DNA of 38,953 nt from a virus (taxonomy: Duplodnaviria > Caudoviricetes). The stretch covers positions 1-38,953 of the IMG/VR virus record IMGVR_UViG_3300016263_001165, one strand, 5' to 3'. Shown here in pieces: positions 1-9,480 of this stretch. The notes beneath the pieces were generated by a model. The model was not told the origin of the DNA. It searched no databases and saw only the letters and a program-made list of their open reading frames with translations. The stretch's first letter is position 1. Each line of letters begins with the position of its first letter. The position numbers were made by a program, and so were the translations under genes.

Positions 1-235
1 GCTCACTCAATTCCTGCGTTTTGCGCGTATAATCAGCCTGCCGCTGATAACCGCTCAACGCCTCAGAAAGCGGAACTTGGAGTTCCTCCCCGTCCACCTT
101 GACTGGTACGACATAATTGGCGTACTGGTCAATCGGCAGAACAGGTGTTTCTGCGCTTGTACTCGCTGTCTCTGCTACTTCGGTTGCACCCGCTTGGGTG
201 TCCACATTTGACTGCGTTGCGATTTCATCGCTCAT
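1..235 (-). CDS. Scaffolding protein, N-terminal part (truncated by window edge; copy of 36559-37350)
   Basis: ATG at 235 encodes MSDEIA..., collinear with ORF 36559-37350. Confidence 0.8.
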   Translation of the reverse strand, partial: MSDEIATQSNVDTQAGATEVAETASTSAETPVLPIDQYANYVVPVKVDGEELQVPLSEALSGYQRQADYTRKTQELSE

Positions 236-1838
236 TCTATTTCTCCCGAGTCCTAAATGGTTGCTCTACCATAGAACTAGGCTGTTCCCTAAGAGGTCAT
301 CCCCTGCTCAAAACCTGCCATACCCGCCTCAGCCTGCTGAGGGACGGTCGGATTCATCGCGGGCGGAATCGGAACCCCACCGCCCATACCCAGTTCAGCA
401 GCCTGCCCCACGGGTGGTTGAGGGGGCGGGGCAGACTGCATAAACTGTTCGGGTGACTTGACACCGAAACCGAACTGCAACACATACGCAGCCAGTTTCG
501 CCATATCCACCACTCCAGCAGCCGCAAACGGACTCATCGCATCCACAATCTGAAGAGCGGTCTGGCGGCGGAACGACTCGTTCACGGGCTGGGTGGAACC
601 GCCGACCACCTCAAAGTCAAAGTCGCCAGCCAAATAGTCGCGGTCATATTTGACCCAAACGGGGTCCCCGTTCTTGGAAATTATGCGGGCAACTTGTTCG
701 CCCGTCATAAACTGTTGAGCCAACTTCAACAAGCGGCGACCGACCTCAGCCATAGCCCGCTCAACCGTAGCCAACTTGTCTGCGGTGCGAGCATTGGCGG
801 CATCCTGAAGAAGTGCCGACTCGGTGGCGGTGCGGCGAATCTCCGATACGCCGCCACGCATAAACTCCGAAACACCCGAAACACGGTCAATGTCAGCCGT
901 AATCAAATTGGATTGATTATAGAAATCCGACGGACTGACCACGGCGGGCATTGGGGCGATGACATTCCCCAAAGCGTCGTCACCGACCACGGGAACCATC
1001 ACATTGTCGTCCTCGGATTCCAACGCGGTGCGACCCAACTGGTCAAATGCCGACTCTTTGTACAACCATTTGCGCGCAAACCGTTTGCGGTGGTTCATCA
1101 TCTGGGTGCGGGTCTCGTTGAGTTCTTTCTGCAACGGCTCAATAGCCTCTAGTTCGCCCAACGGATAAAACTGGTCGGGGACATCATAATCCCGCAACAT
1201 AACAAACGGATGCCCGAACGCATACGGCATCTGCATCGGCTTCACAAGGAATCCGTCTCCGCCCTCCGCAAACACCGACATCGTACGGCTCTTGATGTCG
1301 TAAAACTCCCAAATTTCCGCAAACCCTTGTTCTTTGTCACGAATCTTGCGGACAGACGGGTCATCCGCGTAGCGGCTGACCGCCATAGCAGACACCGCTT
1401 CGCGGGCAGCCTTATTGTACCGTTTGTCGCTACGAACCTCGGATAGCGGACGGCGGACACGCTGCGCAATCCAGCGCATATCCTTGACAGAAGTCGCATC
1501 TGGGTCTACGAACACATCGTAACAAGACACCCGCTCGGCAAACGGGGCATCCTCCAGAACGACGGTGTGCGGAGTCACCACATTGTCGGGGTTCTGCTCG
1601 GAGTCGTCCTCCCCATCCAACCCGACTTCTTCCTCAACATATCTGTAGCCGACCTTGACCCAACCGTGACCAAAGATGACCATATCTTTGACGGCAGCCT
1701 TCAGTTCTTCCTTGATGTTCTGTTGCCGCCACCAATAGTTCACCACAGCCTCGGCGATGACCGCCTGCGCAGCCTGCTCGGGCTTCGTGGCATTCACCGT
1801 AATTTTCGGATAATTCACCGACACCGCAGGCACAATCA
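1..1838. repeat. Terminal direct repeat / circular overlap, copy 1 (imperfect match to 37116-38953)
   Basis: Position 1 GCTCACTCAATTCCTGCG aligns with 37116 and position 1838 with the window end. The offset of 37,115 is constant, with many substitutions. Confidence 0.95.
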
Positions 1839-2031
1839 CATTGACCGTTGAAAAACAAATATTGACCAGCAAACGGTCAGATTCACTGTAATATTCATAA
1901 TGGCGACCACGATATAAGTCGCTCATCCGCTTCCAAATCTGGTCATAGCCCTCTTCTTTGCGCCAACGCTTAGAGGTGTCCAGACGCTTGCGGTAACTAG
2001 CAAGCCGTTCACTATTGGATTTGCGTGCCAC
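289..2031 (-). CDS. Portal protein (P22-like head-tail connector), 580 aa
   Basis: Size, position between terminase and scaffold/capsid, and motifs typical of podovirus-type portals (G(W)VKVGY, ERVS.YDVFVDP, TATE, GDFDFEV). Confidence 0.85.
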   Translation of the reverse strand: MARKSNSERLASYRKRLDTSKRWRKEEGYDQIWKRMSDLYRGRHYEYYSESDRLLVNICFSTVNVIVPAVSVNYPKITVNATKPEQAAQAVIAEAVVNYWWRQQNIKEELKAAVKDMVIFGHGWVKVGYRYVEEEVGLDGEDDSEQNPDNVVTPHTVVLEDAPFAERVSCYDVFVDPDATSVKDMRWIAQRVRRPLSEVRSDKRYNKAAREAVSAMAVSRYADDPSVRKIRDKEQGFAEIWEFYDIKSRTMSVFAEGGDGFLVKPMQMPYAFGHPFVMLRDYDVPDQFYPLGELEAIEPLQKELNETRTQMMNHRKRFARKWLYKESAFDQLGRTALESEDDNVMVPVVGDDALGNVIAPMPAVVSPSDFYNQSNLITADIDRVSGVSEFMRGGVSEIRRTATESALLQDAANARTADKLATVERAMAEVGRRLLKLAQQFMTGEQVARIISKNGDPVWVKYDRDYLAGDFDFEVVGGSTQPVNESFRRQTALQIVDAMSPFAAAGVVDMAKLAAYVLQFGFGVKSPEQFMQSAPPPQPPVGQAAELGMGGGVPIPPAMNPTVPQQAEAGMAGFEQGMTS

Positions 2032-2228
2032 TATTTGCCCCTACCTTTGTGCCATCCGATATGTTCATCCAACTTTTGTCCCACAGAATCCACCTTGTCT
2101 GCGACACGCTCCAACAAGGCACGCCCCTCGGCGTGCTGTTCCGTGTTTTCTTTCCGAAGTCTCTGAACAACCACCACTAACGGACCCGAAATAATCGCGA
2201 CGACAACGGGAATCCATATGGGGTCCAT
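2031..2228 (-). CDS. Small membrane protein (single TM plus coiled coil; holin/lysis-accessory-like)
   Basis: Hydrophobic N-terminus WIPVVVAIISGPLVVVV followed by a charged helix. Its stop overlaps the portal start. Confidence 0.6.
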   Translation of the reverse strand: MDPIWIPVVVAIISGPLVVVVQRLRKENTEQHAEGRALLERVADKVDSVGQKLDEHIGWHKGRGK

Positions 2229-2231
2229 ACA

Positions 2232-2456
2232 TCAAACCCAGCGAGTCCCGACAGGTTCGGCATTATAACCGTTGATTTTTGCGTCATTCACAATTTGTTG
2301 CTGCCTTTCCCTGATGGTCGGACCGTGAAACTCGTCCCTGCCTTGGGTAAAGCCCAAACGAATGGTTTTGATGTGGCACTTGAAGCAAACAGGTCCACGA
2401 AGCGGCATTTCTTCCACCTCAAACTGTTTGGAACACTGTTGGCACACCAGATTCAT
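2232..2456 (-). CDS. Small zinc-ribbon protein
   Basis: CQQC...CFKC pairs; packed into the operon. Confidence 0.6.
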   Translation of the reverse strand: MNLVCQQCSKQFEVEEMPLRGPVCFKCHIKTIRLGFTQGRDEFHGPTIRERQQQIVNDAKINGYNAEPVGTRWV

Positions 2457-2486
2457 ACAATTATGGGTGCTTTGTTCCCCGTCGGG

Positions 2487-4085
2487 TCAAATTCTGCGAT
2501 GATTACGAATATTATGCGCACCAATCGGAGTTTTCCCCAATGTTTGCTGCCCAACAATCTGGGATTCCCACCACATCAAACTGTTTTTCGGCACCGCCTG
2601 AGGATTCTGATACTCGGGCAACCAGACATATTTCAACATCTGATTGCCGATAGCCAAACTGATGGTTCGGTCATCATACGGGCTGCCGACCATACGCCCG
2701 TTAGGTTTGCGGACGAAAGTCCGCAACTCGGCAATAGTCTTGTCACAAAACACCTCAATGTCGCCGTTGCGTACGGCGGCAACCAACTCGTCAATCATCA
2801 ACGGCTTGGAAGTCGTCGTGGTACGCCAACCCAACTGTTCAGTAGCCTCAGCACGAATACTTCCCAATTTGCGTGTCCGATACAGATTCCTGTAGCCGAC
2901 GCGCTGGGCGGCTTTCAGGCTGGTCAAACCGTGGTTGTTATTTTCAATTCCCAACAACGCACCGTTGTACCACCAACCCAAGGTAGCCAACTCTTCCCCA
3001 AACAAGTCGGGTTCAATATGTCCGTGCCAGTGGGCGACAACACGACCGTTTCGCGCGTCAATTATGTGGGCGGAACTATAATCGCCGTGTTGGAGACCTT
3101 CGGCGACATCGCCCCCAATCACATAAACAGCCTCGGGGTCTGGTCCTTCCCAAATGGACAACTCGCCGTCAGCGGACGGTATAAACGCCGTTGAACCGTC
3201 CGCATACTCGTAATAGTAGCCGACATCAGGTTCAATTATGTCTAATTGTGCCAGCATCTCGGTATCAAACACGGGGTTGCCCGATTTGATGAACGCCTCT
3301 TCGGGGCTGCGCGGATACTCTTGGTGGAGTTGCCACTGCGCCATATTCCGCGCCTTGTCCTCGTACCAGTCGTCCTTGCGTTCACCGTCGGCGTTCCACG
3401 GATAAAAAATGCCAGCAAACTTGTTGGCTCCTGTCTGGGAGCCGACCCACAACTGGTGAAAAAAATTGCCCGACCCGTTCGCAGTGCTGAGTCCCATCAC
3501 ACGCCCACCGACATCCGCAATCGGCTCAATAGAAGCCCACGCTTCTTCGGGGTTCGGCAAGAACGCCCACTCGTCCACAAACACGGCATAGACAGACTCG
3601 CCGCGTGCGGGGTCCGACCCCGACGGCAACGACTCAATCGCCGACTCGTTCTCAAACACCATCTTCAACTGGTGGTCCGTCGTCTGCTTCGGACCTTTCT
3701 CGCGCATCCAAAACGGCAAAAACTTGTAGCCATACTTGGATTTGGACAACAACTTCATCGCTTCGCGTTCGGTGCGCGACAACATAATCACGAAACGGTC
3801 CTGAAAAAAATATGTCATCCAAAATGCGTATGCTGCCGCCAAAGTGGAAAACCCGATTTGGCGTGCCTTCAGCACGACGGTGTACCGTTCCGACATCCAA
3901 GTTCTGACGGTTTCTATTTGCGCGGGACGCAACACGAATTTGATTCGCCCCTTGGACGGATGCTTGATGCACCAGTATTCGGCACAAAAATGTTGGAATG
4001 CCGCCAACTGCTCGTCAATCGTCGCATCGTCCGTGCCGCGACACAAACGCCACTCTTTCTCGTACAACAATTCTTGAATGTTCAT
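2487..4085 (-). CDS. terL: Terminase large subunit
   Basis: Walker A VLKARQIGFST, Walker B VFVDEWAF, motif III STANG, and nuclease motifs GGDVAEG, ENNNHG and YDDR. Start placed at ATG 4085, which overlaps the upstream stop. Confidence 0.93.
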   Translation of the reverse strand: MNIQELLYEKEWRLCRGTDDATIDEQLAAFQHFCAEYWCIKHPSKGRIKFVLRPAQIETVRTWMSERYTVVLKARQIGFSTLAAAYAFWMTYFFQDRFVIMLSRTEREAMKLLSKSKYGYKFLPFWMREKGPKQTTDHQLKMVFENESAIESLPSGSDPARGESVYAVFVDEWAFLPNPEEAWASIEPIADVGGRVMGLSTANGSGNFFHQLWVGSQTGANKFAGIFYPWNADGERKDDWYEDKARNMAQWQLHQEYPRSPEEAFIKSGNPVFDTEMLAQLDIIEPDVGYYYEYADGSTAFIPSADGELSIWEGPDPEAVYVIGGDVAEGLQHGDYSSAHIIDARNGRVVAHWHGHIEPDLFGEELATLGWWYNGALLGIENNNHGLTSLKAAQRVGYRNLYRTRKLGSIRAEATEQLGWRTTTTSKPLMIDELVAAVRNGDIEVFCDKTIAELRTFVRKPNGRMVGSPYDDRTISLAIGNQMLKYVWLPEYQNPQAVPKNSLMWWESQIVGQQTLGKTPIGAHNIRNHRRI

Positions 4086-4483
4086 AAACCCCACGGCTGC
4101 CAGCCGTTGCCGTTCCTATCCAAACTATAATCATAAATAGCCTTGGCGGCTTTCAGATTCGTCAAAGGATTATACAACTCGTCACACGACTCAACAAGAC
4201 CTTGGGTTTGCAGCCAGCCATCCTGAAAATATTTGGATGGTTTGCACCAAAACATATTTATTTGCATCAAACCAATACTGCCGCCATTCGGGTCAGACGA
4301 ATTGAACACGGTATGTATGCAGCGCGATTCGCGATACATTATGCGCAGCGTCGTACTGCGTTCGTCAGACGGAAACCCGACATATGCCACCGCGGTAGCA
4401 TATTGGTGGCAAACGGTGACACGGCGAGATTCTGGTGCCCACGGACTCATAGCCAATAGGGCAACAATCAACAGTTTCATCAT
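4082..4483 (-). CDS. Lytic transglycosylase (SLT-like) with N-terminal signal/hydrophobic segment
   Basis: Catalytic RES motif, GLMQIN, NLKAAKAIY and GWQPW; adjacent to a holin. Confidence 0.85.
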   Translation of the reverse strand: MMKLLIVALLAMSPWAPESRRVTVCHQYATAVAYVGFPSDERSTTLRIMYRESRCIHTVFNSSDPNGGSIGLMQINMFWCKPSKYFQDGWLQTQGLVESCDELYNPLTNLKAAKAIYDYSLDRNGNGWQPWGL

Positions 4484-4518
4484 TCCTTCAGTCTAGCGCA
4501 CGCCAAAGCGTGCAAGTG

Positions 4519-4722
4519 CTATCGGGATTTCTTTGTTCTGCCAAACGCCTTATCGTTAGGGTTAGCCCACCGCAACACGGGCGGAAGTATCGCAACCACG
4601 GCAGCCTTGGCGATGTCCTCGGCGTTCCAGTTGCCTGACGCAACAACAGCAGCAACAGCCGCCAGCACGCTACGAGCGTACGACTGCAACGCGGCTTGTT
4701 GTTTCTTGCTAAGCGATAACAT
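4519..4722 (-). CDS. Putative holin
   Basis: Two hydrophobic segments, the motifs SYARS and LRWANPNDKAFG, and a basic C-terminus; upstream of the transglycosylase. Confidence 0.65.
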   Translation of the reverse strand: MLSLSKKQQAALQSYARSVLAAVAAVVASGNWNAEDIAKAAVVAILPPVLRWANPNDKAFGRTKKSR

Positions 4723-4973
4723 TACGCCTCGCTGTTATCAGTTGTCAATGGAGATGCGAACACGGTGCCGTCCCACAGGTCTCCGATGCCTGCGTATTTG
4801 CCGCGTGACGCACCTTCGACTGGGTTGTTGTTGTACGAGGTTTGCACCCACACGCCCGACAATCCGATGCTGGCGATGAACGCCTTGCCTGCGGCTTCGG
4901 TTGGTGCGTCGTCGTTGGAGACGACGATGACTTCTCGGACTACACCGTTCTCAACTCGTGCGAAATGTGCCAT
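4722..4973 (-). CDS. Conserved small protein associated with Gly-rich fibres
   Basis: MAHFA.V.NGVV..VIVV ... WVQTSYN ... YAGIG. Confidence 0.6.
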   Translation of the reverse strand: MAHFARVENGVVREVIVVSNDDAPTEAAGKAFIASIGLSGVWVQTSYNNNPVEGASRGKYAGIGDLWDGTVFASPLTTDNSEA

Positions 4974-5164
4974 TACTCCTCCACCGTCGGTGCGACGAAC
5001 ACATCGTTCACCGCATCATAGGTATCACCGATGGCAACGGTCAGCGGTTCGCCGCCCAAGTCGTGCCATTCGCCGTCAAGGTTGGCTGTCGCCCACGAAT
5101 AATCGCCAACGATGATTTCGGTGACGACGCTGTTCACAAGTTTGGCGCAATAGTTCTTGCTCAT
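4973..5164 (-). CDS. Small protein, probable paralogue of 4722-4973
   Basis: AKLVNSVVTEIIV ... IGDTYD...F resembles ARVENGVVREVIV ... IGDLWD...F. Confidence 0.55.
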   Translation of the reverse strand: MSKNYCAKLVNSVVTEIIVGDYSWATANLDGEWHDLGGEPLTVAIGDTYDAVNDVFVAPTVEE

Positions 5165-5988
5165 ACCTTGAACCTTACATAGACGACACCATCTGCCCCA
5201 TTTGTTTCAGTTGTAGAACCGCCGCCGCCACCCGAACCGTATGCGGTTGCGTTTGCGTTAGAACCGCCACCCGATGTGCCGCCGTTTCCACCCGTGCTAC
5301 TTCCTGCTGTGCCACCCGTAGAACTACCGCCACCACCACCGCCGCCGCAAACGAATGCGGAAGAACCGCCGATGAATAGCGAGCGGTCATAACCTGCGCC
5401 GCCATTGCCGCCAACACCGCTTGCGCCGTTAGAACCTGCGCCTGTTGCGCCGCCACCGCCGCCACCGCCCGTCGTGGTCAAACCGTTGCCGCCGTTGTTT
5501 CCTTGTGCGGCGAACAGGGCTAGTCCACCGTTCGACTGACCGCCACCGCCGCCGCCACCCGAAGCACCATAAAGACCGTCTTGCGTGCCGCCGCTTCTGC
5601 CGCCTTTGCCACCGCCACCTGCGAACGCATACGAGATGCCCGACGCAGAACCACGCCCACCCGTCACGCCTTTTGCACCAACGGTGACAGTTTCATTCGC
5701 ATCAAAGTAGAAAGTCTCAATGAGTAATCCACCTGCACCGCCACCGCCGCCTTTGTAAGAAGGGTCATTTACGATGTCGCCACCGCCACCACCGCCGACT
5801 AGCATCACATCAAACAGACCAGCCTGAGAAACCGTCAGCGTGCCTGAACTCGTGAAGGTGAGAAGCGTGTAGTTCTGACCGCCGACCGTGATGCTTGACG
5901 ATGTGCCGCCTGTTGCGACACCGTACACGGCGACAGGCAACAGGCTTGTGGTCTGCGATGAGACATAACCGAGATACGAACGAGTCAT
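5161..5988 (-). CDS. Glycine-rich tail fibre/receptor-binding-like protein
   Basis: Many GGGGG runs, with a TFT.SGTL.V ... VGGGGGG ... G.VYVRF framework. Confidence 0.75.
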   Translation of the reverse strand: MTRSYLGYVSSQTTSLLPVAVYGVATGGTSSSITVGGQNYTLLTFTSSGTLTVSQAGLFDVMLVGGGGGGDIVNDPSYKGGGGGAGGLLIETFYFDANETVTVGAKGVTGGRGSASGISYAFAGGGGKGGRSGGTQDGLYGASGGGGGGGQSNGGLALFAAQGNNGGNGLTTTGGGGGGGATGAGSNGASGVGGNGGAGYDRSLFIGGSSAFVCGGGGGGGSSTGGTAGSSTGGNGGTSGGGSNANATAYGSGGGGGSTTETNGADGVVYVRFKV

Positions 5989-5990
5989 AA

Positions 5991-6887
5991 CTACACCTTG
6001 AACCTGACATAGACGATGCCCGAACCGCCTGAGCCGCCTGCCTGTCCACCAGCATTACCGCCGCCACCACCGCCGCCGCCGCCTGTGTTCGCAGATGCGC
6101 TCGACCCATCGGCATTCGTGCCGCCACCAGCACCGCCAACTGATGAACCGCCAGCACCACCTGTGCTTTGACCGCCACCGCCACCGCCACCTGCCTTGAA
6201 GAGCGATGAGCCTGCGATGAACGCCGACACATCGTAGCCAGCACCGCCAGCACCGCCAGCCTGACTTGCGCCGTTAGCACCTGCCGCACCAGCACCACCG
6301 CCACCGCCAGCCGCAGAGTAATCAGCATTCACGCCGTCGCCACCTGCGAAACCTTGTAGCGACGGAAACATACTCGTTGAGCCGTTATGATAACTTGCGC
6401 TATTCTGAACACCGACACCGCCACCGCCAGAGCCGCCTCTTGATGATGTTTGGGTAGCGTTTGAGTCGTAGCCTCCGCCCCTGCCGCCGCCAGCGCCGCC
6501 AAGTTCGGCAACCGCACTACCGCTACCTTCGGTCGCTCTTGTGAAACTAGCGCCACCACCAACACCGCCAGCACCAACGGTCACCGTTGCGTTAGCGGCA
6601 AGATAAATCGTTTGCTGAACCTTGCCGCCACCGCCACCGCCACCGCCTGAGAATGCCGTTTGCCCGCGACCGCCACCGCCGCCGCCACCGACCACGAGAA
6701 CATCAAACAGACCAGCCTGAGAAACCGTCAGCGTGCCTGTTGCCGTGAAAGTCAGAAGCGTGTACGCCTGACCATCAACCGTGATGCTTGACGAAGTTCC
6801 GCCCGTTGCCACGCCATAAGTACCAGCCGTGACAGTCTGCGTCGTCAGCGACGACACATACCCAAGTTGCCGACGAGCCGTGCCCAT
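5991..6887 (-). CDS. Glycine-rich tail fibre/receptor-binding-like protein (paralogue)
   Basis: Same framework as 5161-5988, sharing the N-terminal segment and the C-terminal YVRFKV. Confidence 0.75.
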   Translation of the reverse strand: MGTARRQLGYVSSLTTQTVTAGTYGVATGGTSSSITVDGQAYTLLTFTATGTLTVSQAGLFDVLVVGGGGGGGRGQTAFSGGGGGGGGKVQQTIYLAANATVTVGAGGVGGGASFTRATEGSGSAVAELGGAGGGRGGGYDSNATQTSSRGGSGGGGVGVQNSASYHNGSTSMFPSLQGFAGGDGVNADYSAAGGGGGAGAAGANGASQAGGAGGAGYDVSAFIAGSSLFKAGGGGGGGQSTGGAGGSSVGGAGGGTNADGSSASANTGGGGGGGGGNAGGQAGGSGGSGIVYVRFKV

Positions 6888-6890
6888 CTG

Positions 6891-7256
6891 TTAGACCGTA
6901 ATCTGATTGACGAACCCGTGAATCGTAATCACATTCGCCGTCGCAGCCGAAGCCTTGATGACCAACGCAGTCGCAGCACCTTTGATAAGCAACCCAGGGG
7001 CTACCGTCACAAGACCAGCCTCAGGCTGGACGGTCAATTCAATCAAATCATCGGGGTCGGTGGTTCCACCCCAACCAATAGTCAGTTTGACTGCGGTGCT
7101 TGAAGTGTTTTGCGCGTACAGCCACACTTCGTCAATCGTCGTGGTGGTCGTTGAACCAGTATGAATCGGGGTTCCCGACGCAATGGATGTTGCGGCAACC
7201 TTTACGGCTTTACCGTTGGTTGATTCGCTAAAAATCTTCTTGGTGAATGTAGCCAT
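6891..7256 (-). CDS. Putative virion/fibre-associated beta-rich protein
   Basis: Starts MATFTKK at ATG 7256 with a GGAG Shine-Dalgarno; Thr/Val-rich; lies in the fibre cluster. Confidence 0.6.
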   Translation of the reverse strand: MATFTKKIFSESTNGKAVKVAATSIASGTPIHTGSTTTTTIDEVWLYAQNTSSTAVKLTIGWGGTTDPDDLIELTVQPEAGLVTVAPGLLIKGAATALVIKASAATANVITIHGFVNQITV

Positions 7257-7281
7257 ATCTACTCCTAGCGGGATTTGTTCC

Positions 7282-7509
7282 CTAGTTGAATACTGCCCCA
7301 GACAGAATTGCTTGGTCTGAGTCCACGGGGCTGCCTGCGGCATCCAAAACCGAAGTAAATGACCCGCTCGCGATAACAAACTCAACAATATCGCTCAGCG
7401 ATATCTTTTTGGTTGTCGTAGCACTCGTGTCCACCACGGGCAGCACATCGGCTGCATCCGCGGTCACGCTGGTCAGTGCGGTCAGTTGAGAAATCTTTAG
7501 GTCAGACAT
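7282..7509 (-). CDS. Small tail-associated protein
   Basis: N-terminal KISQLTALT...D.LPVVD...TKKI resembles fibre N-terminal motifs. Confidence 0.55.
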   Translation of the reverse strand: MSDLKISQLTALTSVTADAADVLPVVDTSATTTKKISLSDIVEFVIASGSFTSVLDAAGSPVDSDQAILSGAVFN

Positions 7510-7783
7510 TTCCAGCCTCCGTCAGCATAAAAGAACCGTCCTCTAATAGCAAATCGTTCCCATCTTCAAGTTCCAAGTTGGAAACCACATAATCGGGGTC
7601 CGTCCAATATGTGTATGCTGCGTCACTCCAAGTGGTTGCCGCAGGCACCACAGCCGCATAATACTCGTACGACCCCAATCGCGGAGACAAGTTTTCCGCG
7701 TGCAGCAAGTCACCCAAAGTTGGGGCGACACTGGGATGCAACGCCTTCAGGGCAGTGAACATCGCATCGTTCAGAGTCGTCAT
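7502..7783 (-). CDS. Hypothetical virion protein
   Basis: Packed ORF with a C-terminal LELEDG..LLLEDG repeat. Confidence 0.5.
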   Translation of the reverse strand: MTTLNDAMFTALKALHPSVAPTLGDLLHAENLSPRLGSYEYYAAVVPAATTWSDAAYTYWTDPDYVVSNLELEDGNDLLLEDGSFMLTEAGNV

Positions 7784-7790
7784 ATACCTA

Positions 7791-8225
7791 TTATTGGGCT
7801 TCCAGTTCCCTCAGGCGTTCCGCTTTCAGGTTGCGGGCAGATTCTGCAATCAAAGCATCCAACTCCGCATCCGACAACTCGGACACCGACTGGGTGTGCT
7901 GCACATTGATTTGCGTCGGAGCCAACCTGTTCGTTGCCTGAAGATACAACTGGGCTGCCTTGTTGTCTCCGCCCAAACCCGCCTCATACAACGCATCCAA
8001 CAACCGTTGCGTCCGCTCAGGAGAACCCTGAAGTTCCGCAACACGCTTCTCCCACTCCGCCTTGAAAGCAGGCTTTTTATCCCAACGCCTGAGCGTAGAT
8101 GAATCCAACCCGTTTTGGTCTGCGAATTCTTGTTTGGTGGCTGGAACCCGAAACGGGGGTGGGGTCATCAGCCAGTTCAGATATTTTTCTTGTCGTATGT
8201 CCAATACGGGTTCGTCGGTCATCAT
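7791..8225 (-). CDS. HTH protein, putative terminase small subunit
   Basis: EFADQNGLDSSTLRRW HTH, AAQLYLQ, and a C-terminal ELSDAELDALI; first gene of this late block. Start is ATG 8225 or 8222. Confidence 0.6.
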   Translation of the reverse strand: MMTDEPVLDIRQEKYLNWLMTPPPFRVPATKQEFADQNGLDSSTLRRWDKKPAFKAEWEKRVAELQGSPERTQRLLDALYEAGLGGDNKAAQLYLQATNRLAPTQINVQHTQSVSELSDAELDALIAESARNLKAERLRELEAQ

Positions 8226-8478
8226 TTGTATTGTAGTTGTTCCCGTCACACCATTAGGGAACAGGGGAGGGGGATTATAGGGGGAGGGGTTACGGTACGG
8301 TTTGTGGTTCCGCCAGAGCCGTAAGGCGATGGCGGAGACAAGAACGGGTGAATGGTAATGGTGATTTCTGTGTTGAAGATTGTTACGGGTTTGTTTCTGG
8401 GGTTGGGGGTTGCTGTAGTATTGGTTATTCTCGGGTTGGGTATGCTGTTTCGGGAGTATCGTCGGATAGAATCCTTGG

Positions 8479-8757
8479 ATGAATAAGGTTACGGTCGGGT
8501 TACGGAACTGGGATTTGGTTTTGGTGGAATGGCAGGATGCTTTTGATGCCACCGCAGGTTGGCACGACATAGATTCCTACAAGGAGTCAGAATGTATCAT
8601 CAAAACGGTGGGGTATTGGTGGAACACACCAAATCCTAGCGGTTATATGGTGTTGGTTGCCACTCGCGGTCAAGGCATAGTCTCACAGGTGACACATATT
8701 CCCGTGGGTATGATAAAATCTGTGACGAAACTACAGCCAAGGAGCAAACCAAAGTGA
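8479..8757 (+). CDS. Hypothetical phage protein
   Basis: V.WQDA...GW ... TVGY ... IP.GMI pattern; overlaps the next gene. Confidence 0.65.
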   Translation: MNKVTVGLRNWDLVLVEWQDAFDATAGWHDIDSYKESECIIKTVGYWWNTPNPSGYMVLVATRGQGIVSQVTHIPVGMIKSVTKLQPRSKPK

Positions 8758-9152
8758 CTTACACAAAACCGTCTTTGCGTGAAACTATCAAACGGCGCAT
8801 AATGGCGGGTACGCGAGGCGGAAAAGCGGGACAATGGTCAGCCCGCAAAGCACAACTAGTTGCCCTAGAGTACAAGAAAGCGGGCGGAGGATATACGGGT
8901 CCGCGTTCCAGCAAACAAAAATCGTTGAAAAAATGGACAAATGAAAAATGGAGAACATCAGATGGAAAACCTGCTATTAGAAGCACTGGCACAACACGAT
9001 ATTTACCTAGTGAGGCGTGGGACAAGTTATCGTCGTCGCAAAAGCAGGCTACAAATCGCAAGAAACTACAAGCATCACGCAAAGGTAAGCAGTTTGTTGC
9101 GAACACTAAAGCAGCAAAACAAGCAGGGCGTTCAGCCCGTAGGAGCAAATAA
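8754..9152 (+). CDS. Highly basic protein, DUF5872-like
   Basis: GGKAGQWSARKAQL...YKKAGGGY, KWT.EKW, RYLP. Confidence 0.7.
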   Translation: MTYTKPSLRETIKRRIMAGTRGGKAGQWSARKAQLVALEYKKAGGGYTGPRSSKQKSLKKWTNEKWRTSDGKPAIRSTGTTRYLPSEAWDKLSSSQKQATNRKKLQASRKGKQFVANTKAAKQAGRSARRSK

Positions 9153-9463
9153 TGGCAACCAAAGACCCTAGATTGGCGCGAGCAGGCGTATCAGGCTACA
9201 ACAAGCCGAAGCGTACACCGTCTCATCCAACCAAGTCACATATTGTTGTTGCCCGTTCAGGTGGACAAGTAAAAACAATTCGGTTCGGACAACAAGGTGT
9301 CCGAACCAACCAGACAGCGGGGCAAAGACAAGCCTTCAAGTCACGCCATCGCAAAAACATCAACAAGGGACCGATGTCGGCAGCGTATTGGGCTGACCGC
9401 GTAAAGTGGTCGCCGTCAAAGACGGCGCAGCCCCGTAATCAAAAGTGGGTCAAAGGCTCATAA
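9152..9463 (+). CDS. Highly basic conserved phage protein
   Basis: YNKPKRTP.HPTKSH, IRFGQQG, FKSRH, SAAYWA..VKW. Confidence 0.7.
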   Translation: MATKDPRLARAGVSGYNKPKRTPSHPTKSHIVVARSGGQVKTIRFGQQGVRTNQTAGQRQAFKSRHRKNINKGPMSAAYWADRVKWSPSKTAQPRNQKWVKGS

Positions 9464-9464
9464 A

Positions 9465-9480
9465 TGTGACGGCGGTCACA
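9465..9480. promoter_or_regulatory. CRP/GlxR-type palindrome TGTGA-N6-TCACA
   Basis: TGTGA CGGCGG TCACA, an exact consensus, at the start of a long intergenic region. Confidence 0.45.

Noticed and set aside
5161-6887. Diversity-generating retroelement TR/VR pair, or CCGCCA microsatellites
   Set aside because: No reverse transcriptase, differences are not adenine-specific, and the repeats are simply glycine codons.
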